Positions 1 to 9,496 of a stretch of DNA of 64,000 nt are shown here, in pieces. Origin of the DNA: Candidatus Omnitrophota bacterium (lineage in GTDB: Bacteria; Omnitrophota; Gorgyraeia; Zapsychrales; Fredricksoniimonadaceae); the NCBI GenBank assembly GCA_903860135.1, contig CAIOPG010000007.1, positions 66,100-130,099 of the forward strand. Reading direction: 5' to 3'. The notes below the pieces were generated by a model, which saw only the letters and a list, made by a program, of their open reading frames with translations, made no database searches and was not told where the DNA came from. Numbering within the stretch: position 1 is the first letter of the stretch; each line of letters opens with the position of its first letter. A program made the position numbers and the translations under genes.

Positions 1-2
1 CC

Positions 3-500
3 TCCGGGGCATCGCTTCAGGACAGGAGCAGGTCCCGTAATCTGGAGAGTGCTTATTATAATGTTGCATTCCGCTTTTTTATCTGGCGGGATATGTTGCG
101 GGAACTTGTTAGGGAGCGTGCTTTTCTGGGGTTTAGTTTTGGCAGGCCTCAGCGATCGGCGTCGCTTGAGATATTGCATTGGGGAGAGGGTGAGTGGTCA
201 AGGGATGGCTGGATAGCACCGCACAATGCTTTTTTGCATATGATTTACCGTGGGGGGATCGTAGGGCTTGGTGTTATCGTATTTATTCTGGTTGCGCTGG
301 GGGGCATGATGAAGAATTTCTTGCAGGTACAGTCCTGGAAGGGCGGCTTGCTACTGAGTGCGCTGGTTTACTGGATCGTGATCGCTCAATTTGGTGTGAT
401 CCTGGAATTGCCGTATAACGCGATTGCTTTTTGGGCATTGTTTGGCGGCACATGGGCGTATCGGGATAAACTTATAGCAGAATCCCTGCAGGGCGCATGA
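3..500 (+). CDS. O-antigen ligase / Wzy_C family membrane protein, C-terminal part (begins before window)
   Basis: Frame is open from base 3. It has the R..IW...G.G...PHN.FL.....GG..G motif followed by hydrophobic helices. Confidence 0.75.
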   Translation, partial: SGASLQDRSRSRNLESAYYNVAFRFFIWRDMLRELVRERAFLGFSFGRPQRSASLEILHWGEGEWSRDGWIAPHNAFLHMIYRGGIVGLGVIVFILVALGGMMKNFLQVQSWKGGLLLSALVYWIVIAQFGVILELPYNAIAFWALFGGTWAYRDKLIAESLQGA

Positions 501-1612
501 TGGCGCATAAACCCCGCATCCTTATTTGTGGTGTCCTTCCACCACCGTATTTTGGCCACAGCATGCTTTATGAGATGCTCATGGCGTCATCTTTTCCCAA
601 AGCCTTTGATGTGTATTTCTTGAATATGCATTTCTGGTCTTATGGCACGAACAAGAAAGTAACGGCACTTAAACTTTTCAAATTATGTGCTTATTACGCG
701 CATTACCTTTGGGTCCTCGTTGTTTTTCGTCCCCGTTATATCCTTTATAATACAAGTTTTTACAAGATGCCGTTCTTGAAGGATTTTTTGTTTTGTGCGA
801 CAGGCATTATCGCGGGGCGGCGGCTGGTTATTCATGATCATGGCCAGTATGTGCGGGAATTGCATGATGCCTTGCCTGACTGGCAGAAGAACATGCTGGG
901 CTGGCTGCTGGCCCGTGCCGCAGGAAGCATTGTGATGGGGGAACGCGTCCGTCCTGTTTATGATGGGTTGATGGATCAGGCCAAGATCGTTGTTGTCCCC
1001 GGCGTTGTGGCGGATACGCAGGGCATGGATGTGACGCCGGACAGGCCTGCGGAAGACTGTTTCAATGTCGTTTATTTTTCACACATGAGCCGGGACAAGG
1101 GGATCTTTGTGGCGTTTGAGACCGCGCGCGAGATCCTGCAGATGCGCCGGGATGTGGTCATGACCTTCGGCGGGCCGATCGAGAATGATGTTGTTCGTGC
1201 CGGTCTTGAGGCGCTCCAGCAGGAGTATCCTCAACGCGTCCGCTATCTGGGGTATGTGGACGATGCCAGCCGGCGCACCGAGATCTTTCGCGGGGCTGAT
1301 GTGTTCCTGTTTACGACGTTACGGGATGTCTTTGGACTGGTGCTCCTGCATGCCATGGCCGAGGGGCGGCCTATTGTTGCTTCGCGCGAAGGGACGATCC
1401 CGGAAATTGTCATCGACGGGGAGACCGGGCTTCTGTTTGATAAAGGAAATTCAAGGATGTGCGCGGGGGCTGTCTTGAGGCTTCTCGATGATAAAGATTT
1501 ATGCCTTAAGATGGGCGCCGCCGGCCGCCACAGGTTCGAGTCTGTTTATGCCATTGACACGTATGGCCCGCGCATGACAGATGTATTCTTTCAGATGGAA
1601 GGGGCTTTATAA
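497..1612 (+). CDS. Glycosyltransferase family 4 (GT-B fold)
   Basis: C-terminal motif DVFGLVLLHAMAEGRPIVASREGTIPEIVIDGETGLL; located in a polysaccharide locus. Confidence 0.9.
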   Translation: MMAHKPRILICGVLPPPYFGHSMLYEMLMASSFPKAFDVYFLNMHFWSYGTNKKVTALKLFKLCAYYAHYLWVLVVFRPRYILYNTSFYKMPFLKDFLFCATGIIAGRRLVIHDHGQYVRELHDALPDWQKNMLGWLLARAAGSIVMGERVRPVYDGLMDQAKIVVVPGVVADTQGMDVTPDRPAEDCFNVVYFSHMSRDKGIFVAFETAREILQMRRDVVMTFGGPIENDVVRAGLEALQQEYPQRVRYLGYVDDASRRTEIFRGADVFLFTTLRDVFGLVLLHAMAEGRPIVASREGTIPEIVIDGETGLLFDKGNSRMCAGAVLRLLDDKDLCLKMGAAGRHRFESVYAIDTYGPRMTDVFFQMEGAL

Positions 1613-1671
1613 ATTCGGGTTCCACCCGCAGGTTTTCTTTTTATTTAGAAATGCGGAACAAATCATAGGGT

Positions 1672-1989
1672 GTGAAAGATCGTATGGCCATAGCAATCAT
1701 CTTGAAGTCAGGGGCAAATATTTTCAAGCAGAAAGCTTGGTTATTCTTGTTTGTTTTTTGTTTTATTTATTGGGCATATTTGATTGCCCATACAACCATG
1801 CCGATCGTCTTTGATTCTATTGATTATGAGAATACGGGAAAGATCATTTATCAGCAGGGGGGCTGGAGTTCGACCCCGCTAAACATGTTCGGAAATGTCT
1901 GTAGATTAATCTTGCCGACAAGAGATTACGGTGTTATATTTCTGTTAATAATCATTTTTGATTATCTATGGAAACAATATGAAATTTGA
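1672..1989 (+). pseudogene. Probable truncated N-terminal fragment of a GT-C/ArnT-like membrane glycosyltransferase
   Basis: One TM helix followed by FDSIDYENTGKIIYQQG, resembling the first-loop D..Y motif of GT-C enzymes. The remainder of the ORF runs through the AbiE promoter region. Confidence 0.4.
1912..1965 (+). promoter_or_regulatory. Sigma70-like promoter and palindromic operator of the AbiE pair
   Basis: TTGCCG-N17-TATATT at 1912-1940, followed by the inverted repeat ATAATCA-tttt-TGATTAT at 1948-1965. Confidence 0.55.
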
Positions 1990-2614
1990 TGACTTCAAGA
2001 AAGAATTCAAATCTAGGATGTATATTCTGAGCCGGGATGTGCGGACGGATCAGGAAGATCATCAGGCTATGTTGAATCAATTATCCCGTTGGCAGAAAAG
2101 GGGTTTGATTCTTCCTTTACGCAAGGGGGTTTACGTATTGGGGCCTACACAATCAAGCAGTTCTCCTGATCTATTGATGCTGGCCAATATTATTTATGAA
2201 CCATCTTATGTCAGCTTGGAATATGCGCTCCATTTTTATGGTTTGATCCCCGAACGTGTCATGCAAGTCACCTCGATCACGACACGTAAGACAAAAAGCT
2301 TCAAGAATAGTTTTGGATGTTTTGTGTATCAGCATCTTAAGCCCTGCGCTTTCAGAGGTTTCAGGCAAGAGTTGGGGAAGGGCGGGTCTTTCTTTCTGGC
2401 GGAACCGGAAAAGGCCGTAGTGGATTTTCTTTATTTGAATCTGGCACGTTTTACGCATGATCCCTGCCGGGTGATGCAAGAGTCTTACCGGTTTCAGAAT
2501 ATGGAAGACTTACAGCCGGCTCGGTTACTGGAATTGGGACATTTGTTTGAATGCAAGAAATTGATGAAAGTGATCGGAACTTTAACAGAATTTTTGCACC
2601 AGGAGTGTTTATGA
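1979..2614 (+). CDS. AbiEi-like type IV TA antitoxin / transcriptional regulator
   Basis: L.RW...G....LRKGVY wHTH motif, PSYVSLEYALHFYGLIPE and AEPEKAVVDFLY motifs; overlaps the AbiEii gene by 4 nt. Start at MKFDDF is inferred. Confidence 0.85.
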   Translation: MKFDDFKKEFKSRMYILSRDVRTDQEDHQAMLNQLSRWQKRGLILPLRKGVYVLGPTQSSSSPDLLMLANIIYEPSYVSLEYALHFYGLIPERVMQVTSITTRKTKSFKNSFGCFVYQHLKPCAFRGFRQELGKGGSFFLAEPEKAVVDFLYLNLARFTHDPCRVMQESYRFQNMEDLQPARLLELGHLFECKKLMKVIGTLTEFLHQECL

Positions 2615-3411
2615 TCGATGTCATCCGGCAGCAATTGAAAGCGGAGATGACGGACAGGCAGAAAGAAAACATGACGCGTGAATTCTTGCAGATTCTTTGC
2701 CTTAAGTTGATGCATGACAAAAAAATGTTTGAGGATGTTGCGTTCCTTGGGGGCACATTGTTAAGGCTTCTGTTTGATATGCGCCGTTTCTCGGAAGACC
2801 TGGATTTTTCCCTGATCCGGCCGGGGGATTATGCGATCGCGCAAGTCGCCGATGAGCTTGTAGCGGCACTGCGTTTGTATGGTTTTTCCGTTGAGGCCAA
2901 GGTCAGGATGAATGGTGCTGTTCAGAGCTGTTTACTCAAGTTTGAAGGGCTTCTTAAGGAGCTTGGGCTGTCACCTCTTAAAAGCCAGAAATTATCCATT
3001 AAGATCGACGTAGATACGCGTCCGCCTGATGGGTGGACATTGTCCCGCACACTGGTGAGTAAAACATTTGTTTTTACGGTTACGCATTATGACCAGCCGT
3101 CTCTCTTTGCCGGGAAATTGCACGCGTGTTTTTATCGCACATATACCAAAGGGCGCGACTTTTATGATCTTTTTTGGTATTTGGGCAAGAAAGTACGTCC
3201 GAATTTCTTGTTGCTTAATAATGCTGTTCGGCAAACGCAGGGTATTGATGCCGGGATCAACGAGGGTAACTGGAAATATTTTCTTTTGGAAAAGGTCAAG
3301 AATGTTGATATGATTGATGCTCGGGAAGATGTTCGGCTATTCCTTGAGGATGACAATGAATTAAGGCTCTTTGATGCGGGTATTTTATCGGATGCGATCA
3401 AAGGGGGGTGA
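2611..3411 (+). CDS. AbiEii/AbiGii family nucleotidyltransferase toxin
   Basis: FLGGTLLRL...RFSEDLDFS, KLHA and KGRDFYDL motifs; RBS AGGAG precedes the ATG at 2611. Confidence 0.9.
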   Translation: MIDVIRQQLKAEMTDRQKENMTREFLQILCLKLMHDKKMFEDVAFLGGTLLRLLFDMRRFSEDLDFSLIRPGDYAIAQVADELVAALRLYGFSVEAKVRMNGAVQSCLLKFEGLLKELGLSPLKSQKLSIKIDVDTRPPDGWTLSRTLVSKTFVFTVTHYDQPSLFAGKLHACFYRTYTKGRDFYDLFWYLGKKVRPNFLLLNNAVRQTQGIDAGINEGNWKYFLLEKVKNVDMIDAREDVRLFLEDDNELRLFDAGILSDAIKGG

Positions 3412-3511
3412 TGATTGAAGAATGCGGGGAAAGAAGTGAACGGATTGAACAGCGAATGCTTGAACTTGTGATAAAGGGTGGTTGTAAAAACAGCAATGGC
3501 AGGCAGACGGC

Positions 3512-4282
3512 ATGAGATCATTTGAATCGGCGGTTGATGGGTACGATGTCTTGGGTGTAAGGATCTCGGCCGTTAATCCTTTGAAAGCCGAGGCGGTGAT
3601 CGCGGACATGATCGCACGCCGGGCCAAAGGTTATGTGTGCGTGGCGCCGGTAGCCACGGTCATGGATTGCCAGAAGGATCCGGATTACCGCGTGCTGGTG
3701 AACAATGCCGCCATGGTTACGCCCGATGGCGCGCCGATCGCCTGGCTGGGGCGGCTGGCCGGGCATCAGGATGTCCGCCGCACCTATGGCCCCGGATTGA
3801 TGGAACAGCTCTGTGATCATGGCAGAGCCTTGGGCTGGAGGCACTTCTTTTATGGTGGCACACCTGAAGCCTGCACGCAGTTGGAGCGTGTCTTGACGGC
3901 CAGGTTCCCGGGGATCGATATCGTCGGCAAGTTATCACCGCCGTATACGCCCCAAGCTATGCCGCTCGCTGTGGACGTGGCGCGTCTTATCAATGCGGCC
4001 AAACCTGATATTATATGGGTCGGATTGGGGGCGCCGAAACAGGATTTCTGGAATGTGATCAATCGCCCTGTGCTTGAAGCACCTGTCCTGGTTGGCATTG
4101 GTGCCGCTTTTGATTTCATTTCCGGTTTAAAACCGCAGGCCCCTGGTTGGATCGGCTCGATGGGATTGGAATGGCTTTTTCGTTTGGGCTGTGAGCCTGG
4201 GCGGCTCTGGCGGCGGTATTTGATCGGCAACACCGTGTTCGTATGGCTTCTGGTCAAAAGCATTTTTCGGAGGGGGAGATGA
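3512..4282 (+). CDS. WecB/TagA/CpsF family glycosyltransferase
   Basis: TPDG, VGLGAPKQD, GAAFDF and GLEWLFRL..EP.RLWRRY motifs. Confidence 0.93.
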   Translation: MRSFESAVDGYDVLGVRISAVNPLKAEAVIADMIARRAKGYVCVAPVATVMDCQKDPDYRVLVNNAAMVTPDGAPIAWLGRLAGHQDVRRTYGPGLMEQLCDHGRALGWRHFFYGGTPEACTQLERVLTARFPGIDIVGKLSPPYTPQAMPLAVDVARLINAAKPDIIWVGLGAPKQDFWNVINRPVLEAPVLVGIGAAFDFISGLKPQAPGWIGSMGLEWLFRLGCEPGRLWRRYLIGNTVFVWLLVKSIFRRGR

Positions 4283-5697
4283 TCAAGCGCATATCCGGTA
4301 TTTTTATCCGCACGGCATACATTTCGTTTGATATTGTCAGTGTTCTTTTGGCGATCTTCATCGCGTGTCACTTGAGGGAGCGTGCGTTCCCGGTTGACCT
4401 GCGGGCGCTTTTTCTCGATACAGCCAATCCCTTTCACCTTGTATTCTTGAGTTGGCTGATCGCTGTGCTTTGTTTCAACAGCATATACCAACTTTACGCC
4501 ACGCACCGGGAATGGATGCGCGGGCATGAATTCGGACAGATACTGCGGACGGTCTTTTTCTCTGGGATCATTGTTATGGCGTTTGTTTATACGGCCAAGG
4601 TTTACAATTTTCCCCGTTCGGTATTCCTGCTGATGATGCTTTTGACAGCCGCATTTCTTATATTATGGCGCACCGTAAAAAATCAGTTTGTTGCCTTTCT
4701 GGTGGCGCACGGGTATAACAATTTCAACGTGATCATTATTGGTGCCGGCAAGGTCGGGCTGATGCTTGCCGCCGAGATCGAACGACGCCCGGAGATGGGG
4801 CTGCGCATCGCCGGGTTTCTCGATGATAACAAGAAGAATGAAGCTGTGGGTGGCCGTTACCCGGTGCTGGGGCGGTTGTCTGATCTGCCGGATGTTGCGG
4901 CGCGGCATTTTGCGCACAAGATCATGGTCACGATCCATCCGGACAGCGATGTTTTTCACGCAATCCTTGATACGGCTGATGATCTGGGGCTGGGGGTCCG
5001 TGTGGTGCCCCAGGCTTTCGACAGGGCTGCGGGAGAACTCCTGAAATACAATATCGGTCTTATCCCGGTCCTTGAATACTGCGATATCGGGCATGCGCGC
5101 CGACAATCGGGCAAACGGGCTTTCGACCTTGTTCTTTCCCTGCTGGGGTTGATCGTTCTGATGCCGCTCTTCGTGTGCCTTGCGGTATTGATCAAAGGCG
5201 ATAGCCGTGGACCTGTTTTTTATTTTTCAAAACGTTATGGTCGAGGTGGTCAGGTATTCCGGATGTGGAAGTTCCGCAGTATGTCGGCTGATGCTGAATC
5301 CCGGCTTGAAGCCCTGAAAGAAAAGAACGAGGTCGATGGGCCTATTTTCAAAATTAGGCAGGATCCTCGGGTAACGCGGTTGGGACGCTTTCTGCGCAAG
5401 TACAGCCTTGATGAGTTGCCGCAGATCATCAATGTCCTGCTGGGGGATATGAGCATTGTCGGCCCGCGGCCGCTGCCCCTTGACCAGGTCGAGCAGGAGG
5501 ATTTTAAACAGCTCAAGCGCCTCGAGGTCCATCCGGGGATCACCGGGCTTTGGCAGGTCAGAGGTCGCAGTGACCTGACCTTTGGGCAGTTGGTAAAATG
5601 GGATATCTGGTATATCAACAACTGGTCATTCGTGCTGGATTTACAGATCCTCCTGGAAACGGTTCCTGTTGTGTTAAAGGGGAAAGGAGCCTACTAG
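4279..5697 (+). CDS. Polyprenyl-phosphate hexose phosphotransferase (WcaJ/WbaP-like sugar transferase)
   Basis: N-terminal TM helices, a Rossmann-like IIGAG, and KRAFD, KFRSM, DELPQ, GPRP and PGITGLWQV motifs. Confidence 0.93.
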   Translation: MIKRISGIFIRTAYISFDIVSVLLAIFIACHLRERAFPVDLRALFLDTANPFHLVFLSWLIAVLCFNSIYQLYATHREWMRGHEFGQILRTVFFSGIIVMAFVYTAKVYNFPRSVFLLMMLLTAAFLILWRTVKNQFVAFLVAHGYNNFNVIIIGAGKVGLMLAAEIERRPEMGLRIAGFLDDNKKNEAVGGRYPVLGRLSDLPDVAARHFAHKIMVTIHPDSDVFHAILDTADDLGLGVRVVPQAFDRAAGELLKYNIGLIPVLEYCDIGHARRQSGKRAFDLVLSLLGLIVLMPLFVCLAVLIKGDSRGPVFYFSKRYGRGGQVFRMWKFRSMSADAESRLEALKEKNEVDGPIFKIRQDPRVTRLGRFLRKYSLDELPQIINVLLGDMSIVGPRPLPLDQVEQEDFKQLKRLEVHPGITGLWQVRGRSDLTFGQLVKWDIWYINNWSFVLDLQILLETVPVVLKGKGAY

Positions 5698-7010
5698 TGA
5701 AAAATCTGAACAGACTTGGGACGGTGGATGTTGATGCGATAATCCTATGGCTTGACCGCGCCGCTTTTGTCTGCCTTTGCGCGCTGGTGTTTATCCTGCC
5801 GGTGTCAACGGCAGGGGTTGAGATATTTGGTTCGCTGGCGGTATTGTTCTTTCTGATGAACCGGGGATTGACCGCAAGGCAAAAAGGGGTTGGGGCGTTG
5901 ATACCCACAGGTGTCAGCCTCAGGATCGCTATTCCCCTTCTCGTTTTTTTGGCTATGTGCGGGATGTCCATTCTCTGGAGCGTTGATCCACAGCTGAGCT
6001 TCCGGGCTTTTGCCGGGAAATCGGTCGGTGCCGCTCTTCTCTTTTGGACAGCTGCGGGTACGTTCACATCGCGGGCAAGGCTGCTGCGCCTGGGTGGGGT
6101 CCTTTTGGCATCGGCGTTTATTGTTTCCCTCGATGGCTTTTGGCAATTATGGCAGGGTCATGATCTTTTCAAAGGAGAAGCCCTCTCCGGTGGGCGTGTC
6201 TGTGCGGCCATGCGGCATCCCAATGGTTTTGGGGCTTATTTGCTCTTTGCTATTCTTCCAGCTTTTGCGTTGACGTGCTGGTCCCTGACCCGTGAGGCGC
6301 ACGGTCTGTTTAATTCCTGGCGGGGGCGTTTACTGCTGGTCGGATTAACAGTTGTCTTGTGTGCGGCTATCGGGTTTACATTTTCACGCGGTGCCTGGAT
6401 CGGTCTGTTCGCGGGGGTGGTGGTCTTGATCGTCTTACGGCCAGGCTACTTCTTGCCGCTGGCTCTGGCGGCGGGTTTGTTCCTGATCATTTTTTCACCA
6501 CTGATCATTTCTTTGCGGCATGTGGGGGTGCTTTCGGATTCGCCTTCAGTCACCAACATCTTTGATACGACCAACATCAATGGTACGGGCAGGATCGGCT
6601 TCTGGAAGGATGCTTTGCGGGTGATCGCCGAGCATCCCGCGGGCACGGGCTTAAATACATATACGACGGTCATCCGGCAATATCCGGTGGCGTGGCGCGC
6701 CTATCCCCATAATTCATATTTGCAAATGGCGGCGGAGATCGGTGCCGTTGGCCTGACGGTATTCTTGTGGTTTATCTGGAGCTTTATATGGCAGACAGCC
6801 GGGAGGATCAGGCGGTTCCGCCACGACGTGACAGGGGCGTTGATCACGGGCCTGTTGGCAGGGTGGGTGGGCGTCATGGTGCAGAGCGGGCTGGACACAA
6901 CCTTTTATTCGGTGCAGTTAAGCCGGATGCTTTGGCTGATGATGGGGCTCCTTCTGGCGGCAGTCTTGATCGAGAGCAAGGATAGTCCGGAACCGGAAAC
7001 AAAGGCTTGA
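5697..7010 (+). CDS. O-antigen ligase family protein (WaaL/Wzy_C)
   Basis: Multi-TM protein with HPNGFG, TFSRGAW and PHNSYLQMAAEIG motifs. GTG start overlapping the upstream stop is inferred. Confidence 0.88.
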   Translation: MKNLNRLGTVDVDAIILWLDRAAFVCLCALVFILPVSTAGVEIFGSLAVLFFLMNRGLTARQKGVGALIPTGVSLRIAIPLLVFLAMCGMSILWSVDPQLSFRAFAGKSVGAALLFWTAAGTFTSRARLLRLGGVLLASAFIVSLDGFWQLWQGHDLFKGEALSGGRVCAAMRHPNGFGAYLLFAILPAFALTCWSLTREAHGLFNSWRGRLLLVGLTVVLCAAIGFTFSRGAWIGLFAGVVVLIVLRPGYFLPLALAAGLFLIIFSPLIISLRHVGVLSDSPSVTNIFDTTNINGTGRIGFWKDALRVIAEHPAGTGLNTYTTVIRQYPVAWRAYPHNSYLQMAAEIGAVGLTVFLWFIWSFIWQTAGRIRRFRHDVTGALITGLLAGWVGVMVQSGLDTTFYSVQLSRMLWLMMGLLLAAVLIESKDSPEPETKA

Positions 7011-7013
7011 GAT

Positions 7014-7041
7014 TTGACAAACCCGTTTCGCAATATATAAT
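7014..7041 (+). promoter_or_regulatory. Near-consensus sigma70 promoter for the pgk operon
   Basis: TTGACA-N16-TATAAT in an AT-rich intergenic region. Confidence 0.75.
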
Positions 7042-7133
7042 GCTTAAAATTTTTAAATTCCTTTTTTCCATAACCTAGTTAAGGGGCGGAAGAAAAAACG
7101 GTTTTTTAACCATTACTGTTTCTGGAGGACTGT

Positions 7134-8354
7134 ATGAGCAAGATGACGGTGCGCGACATTGATCTTAAAGGGAAACGGGTCATTATCCGGGTGGACTTCA
7201 ATGTGCCGCTCGATGGCGACCATATTACAGATGATATCCGTATCCGGGCGGCAATCCCGACGATCAAATATGTCGTGGAGCATGGCGCGGCCAAGGTGAT
7301 TTTGATGAGCCATCTGGGGCGTCCGGCCGGCAAGGGGTTTGAAAAAGAATTTTCGCTGGCGCCGGCGGCGCAGCGTCTGGCCGAATTGCTCGGTCAGCCG
7401 GTAACCCTCCTGGCGGATTGTGTCGGTGAGGCTGTCAGTAAGGAAGCCGCGGCGGCCCCGGCGAAGATCCTTCTGCTGGAGAATCTCCGGTTCCATAAAG
7501 AAGAAGAAAAGAACGACCCTGCTTTTGCCAAAGAGCTGGCGTCGCTCGCTGATGTTTATGTTAATGATGCCTTCGGAACGGCGCACCGCGCCCACGCCTC
7601 GACGGCAGGGCTGGCGGCGTATTTGCCGGCGGTCAGCGGGTTCCTGATCGAGAAAGAGATCGAGTATCTCGGTAAAGCGATCAATGCCCCGGAGCGTCCG
7701 TTCGTGGTTGTGCTCGGCGGCAAGAAAGTGTCCGACAAGATCCTCTTGATCGAAAATCTGCTGAAAAAGGCGGATACTATCCTGATCGGCGGCGGCATGG
7801 CCTACACCTTTCTTAAGGCGCGCGGCATCAATATCGGCAATTCCAAACTTGAAAAAGACAGGATCGAACTCGCGGCCGAGATCATGACCAAGGCCATGGC
7901 GGCCGGGGTTCAGATCGAAATGACTGAAGATTTTGTGATCGTTCCCAATTTTGATTCTGATGATGCCCAGATCTCGGATGTGATCCCGGACGGGTTCGAA
8001 TCACTGGATATTGGCCCCAAGACACGTGCCAAGTTCAAGGCCATTCTTTCTGGGGCCAGGACGGTCATCTGGAACGGTCCGCTGGGTGTTTTTGAACGCG
8101 CGGCATTCGAGAATGGCACCAAAGAGATCGCCCTGCATCTGGCGTCCTTGCACGATAAGGGCGTTAAAACCATCATTGGCGGCGGTGATTCCGCGGCGGC
8201 GGTGGCGAAGTTCGGGTTGGAAGACAAGATGACGCATATTTCCACGGGCGGCGGCGCGGCGCTCGAGTATCTTGAAGGCAAGGAGCTTCCGGGAATAACG
8301 GCGCTCAATGACAAGAAAAAGGCATCGGGCTGCTGTTGCGGCGGATGCCGGTAA
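7134..8354 (+). CDS. pgk: Phosphoglycerate kinase
   Basis: [31 protein letters not shown] and HISTGGGA motifs. Confidence 0.98.
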   Translation: MSKMTVRDIDLKGKRVIIRVDFNVPLDGDHITDDIRIRAAIPTIKYVVEHGAAKVILMSHLGRPAGKGFEKEFSLAPAAQRLAELLGQPVTLLADCVGEAVSKEAAAAPAKILLLENLRFHKEEEKNDPAFAKELASLADVYVNDAFGTAHRAHASTAGLAAYLPAVSGFLIEKEIEYLGKAINAPERPFVVVLGGKKVSDKILLIENLLKKADTILIGGGMAYTFLKARGINIGNSKLEKDRIELAAEIMTKAMAAGVQIEMTEDFVIVPNFDSDDAQISDVIPDGFESLDIGPKTRAKFKAILSGARTVIWNGPLGVFERAAFENGTKEIALHLASLHDKGVKTIIGGGDSAAAVAKFGLEDKMTHISTGGGAALEYLEGKELPGITALNDKKKASGCCCGGCR

Positions 8355-8375
8355 GCCATAACCAAAGAGGTTTTT

Positions 8376-9131
8376 ATGCGCAGGAAGATCATCGCAGGTA
8401 ACTGGAAAATGTACAAGAATCCGGCGGAAGCCGTGGCTCTCGTTGAGGGGTTGAAGAAGGAACTGGCCGGACAGACGGCGGTGGATGTGGTTGTTTGTCC
8501 TCCGTTTGTCAGTCTGACGGAAGCGGCAAGGGGGCTCGCGGGTTCAGCTATAGCACTCGGCGCGCAGAATCTTTTTTGGGAAGCCGAAGGGGCGTTTACG
8601 GGAGAGATCTCCGGTGCCATGATCAAGGCGTCGGGTGCGGAATATGTTATCATTGGGCATTCCGAGCGTCGTCAGTATTTTGGTGAGTCCAATGAGACGG
8701 TCAACCGGCGCCTCAAGGCCGCTTTCAGGTATGCATTAAAGCCCATTGTTTGTGTGGGCGAGAATCTGGCCGAGCGCGAAGCGGGTAAAACGTTTGACGT
8801 GGTCAAGGATCATTTGACCGGGTCTTTGGCGGGCTTGACCAAAGAAGACATGAACACCGTTGTCATTGCCTATGAACCTGTGTGGGCCATCGGTACCGGC
8901 AAGACAGCCACTTCAGCGCAGGCCCAGGAAGTGCATCAGTTCATCCGCGGCATCCTTGTCCGCCTGTTTGATGAACCGACGGCCGAGGCGGTAAGGATCC
9001 AGTATGGTGGCAGTGTGAAGCCTGAGAATGCAGCAGAACTCATGTCCCAGCCGGACATTGACGGGGCGCTGGTCGGAGGCGCGAGCCTGAAGGCGGATTC
9101 ATTTGCGGCCATCATCAAGAATGCGGCTTAA
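8376..9131 (+). CDS. tpiA: Triosephosphate isomerase
   Basis: [23 protein letters not shown] and YGGSV motifs. Confidence 0.98.
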   Translation: MRRKIIAGNWKMYKNPAEAVALVEGLKKELAGQTAVDVVVCPPFVSLTEAARGLAGSAIALGAQNLFWEAEGAFTGEISGAMIKASGAEYVIIGHSERRQYFGESNETVNRRLKAAFRYALKPIVCVGENLAEREAGKTFDVVKDHLTGSLAGLTKEDMNTVVIAYEPVWAIGTGKTATSAQAQEVHQFIRGILVRLFDEPTAEAVRIQYGGSVKPENAAELMSQPDIDGALVGGASLKADSFAAIIKNAA

Positions 9132-9145
9132 TTAAAGGAGTTTTT

Positions 9146-9496
9146 GTGATCACTTTTATCACTGTCATCCATGTTATTACCTGTGTGCTTTTGATCGCTT
9201 CCATCCTGATGCAGTCGGGCAAGGGCGGCGGCCTGGCGCAGGGGTTTGATTCGGCGGAAAATCTGCTCGGTGCCCAGACCAATCAGTTCATCCTCAAGGT
9301 GACAACAACGCTTTGCGTCATCTTTTTAGCGACGTGCATCGCCACAGCGCTTTTGACATCGAAGAAACAGCGTTCGTTGCTTGACGCCATGCCTGATGCG
9401 CGCAAGGCACCGGTGACCGTGAATGTCGAGAAACTCTTTGACCAGGCTCCCGCGCAGACCATCGTGATCAATGCGGCGACCAACAGCGCCGAGTGA
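9146..9496 (+). CDS. secG: Preprotein translocase subunit SecG
   Basis: Two TM helices with LMQSGKGGGL; sits directly after tpiA. Confidence 0.9.
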   Translation: MITFITVIHVITCVLLIASILMQSGKGGGLAQGFDSAENLLGAQTNQFILKVTTTLCVIFLATCIATALLTSKKQRSLLDAMPDARKAPVTVNVEKLFDQAPAQTIVINAATNSAE

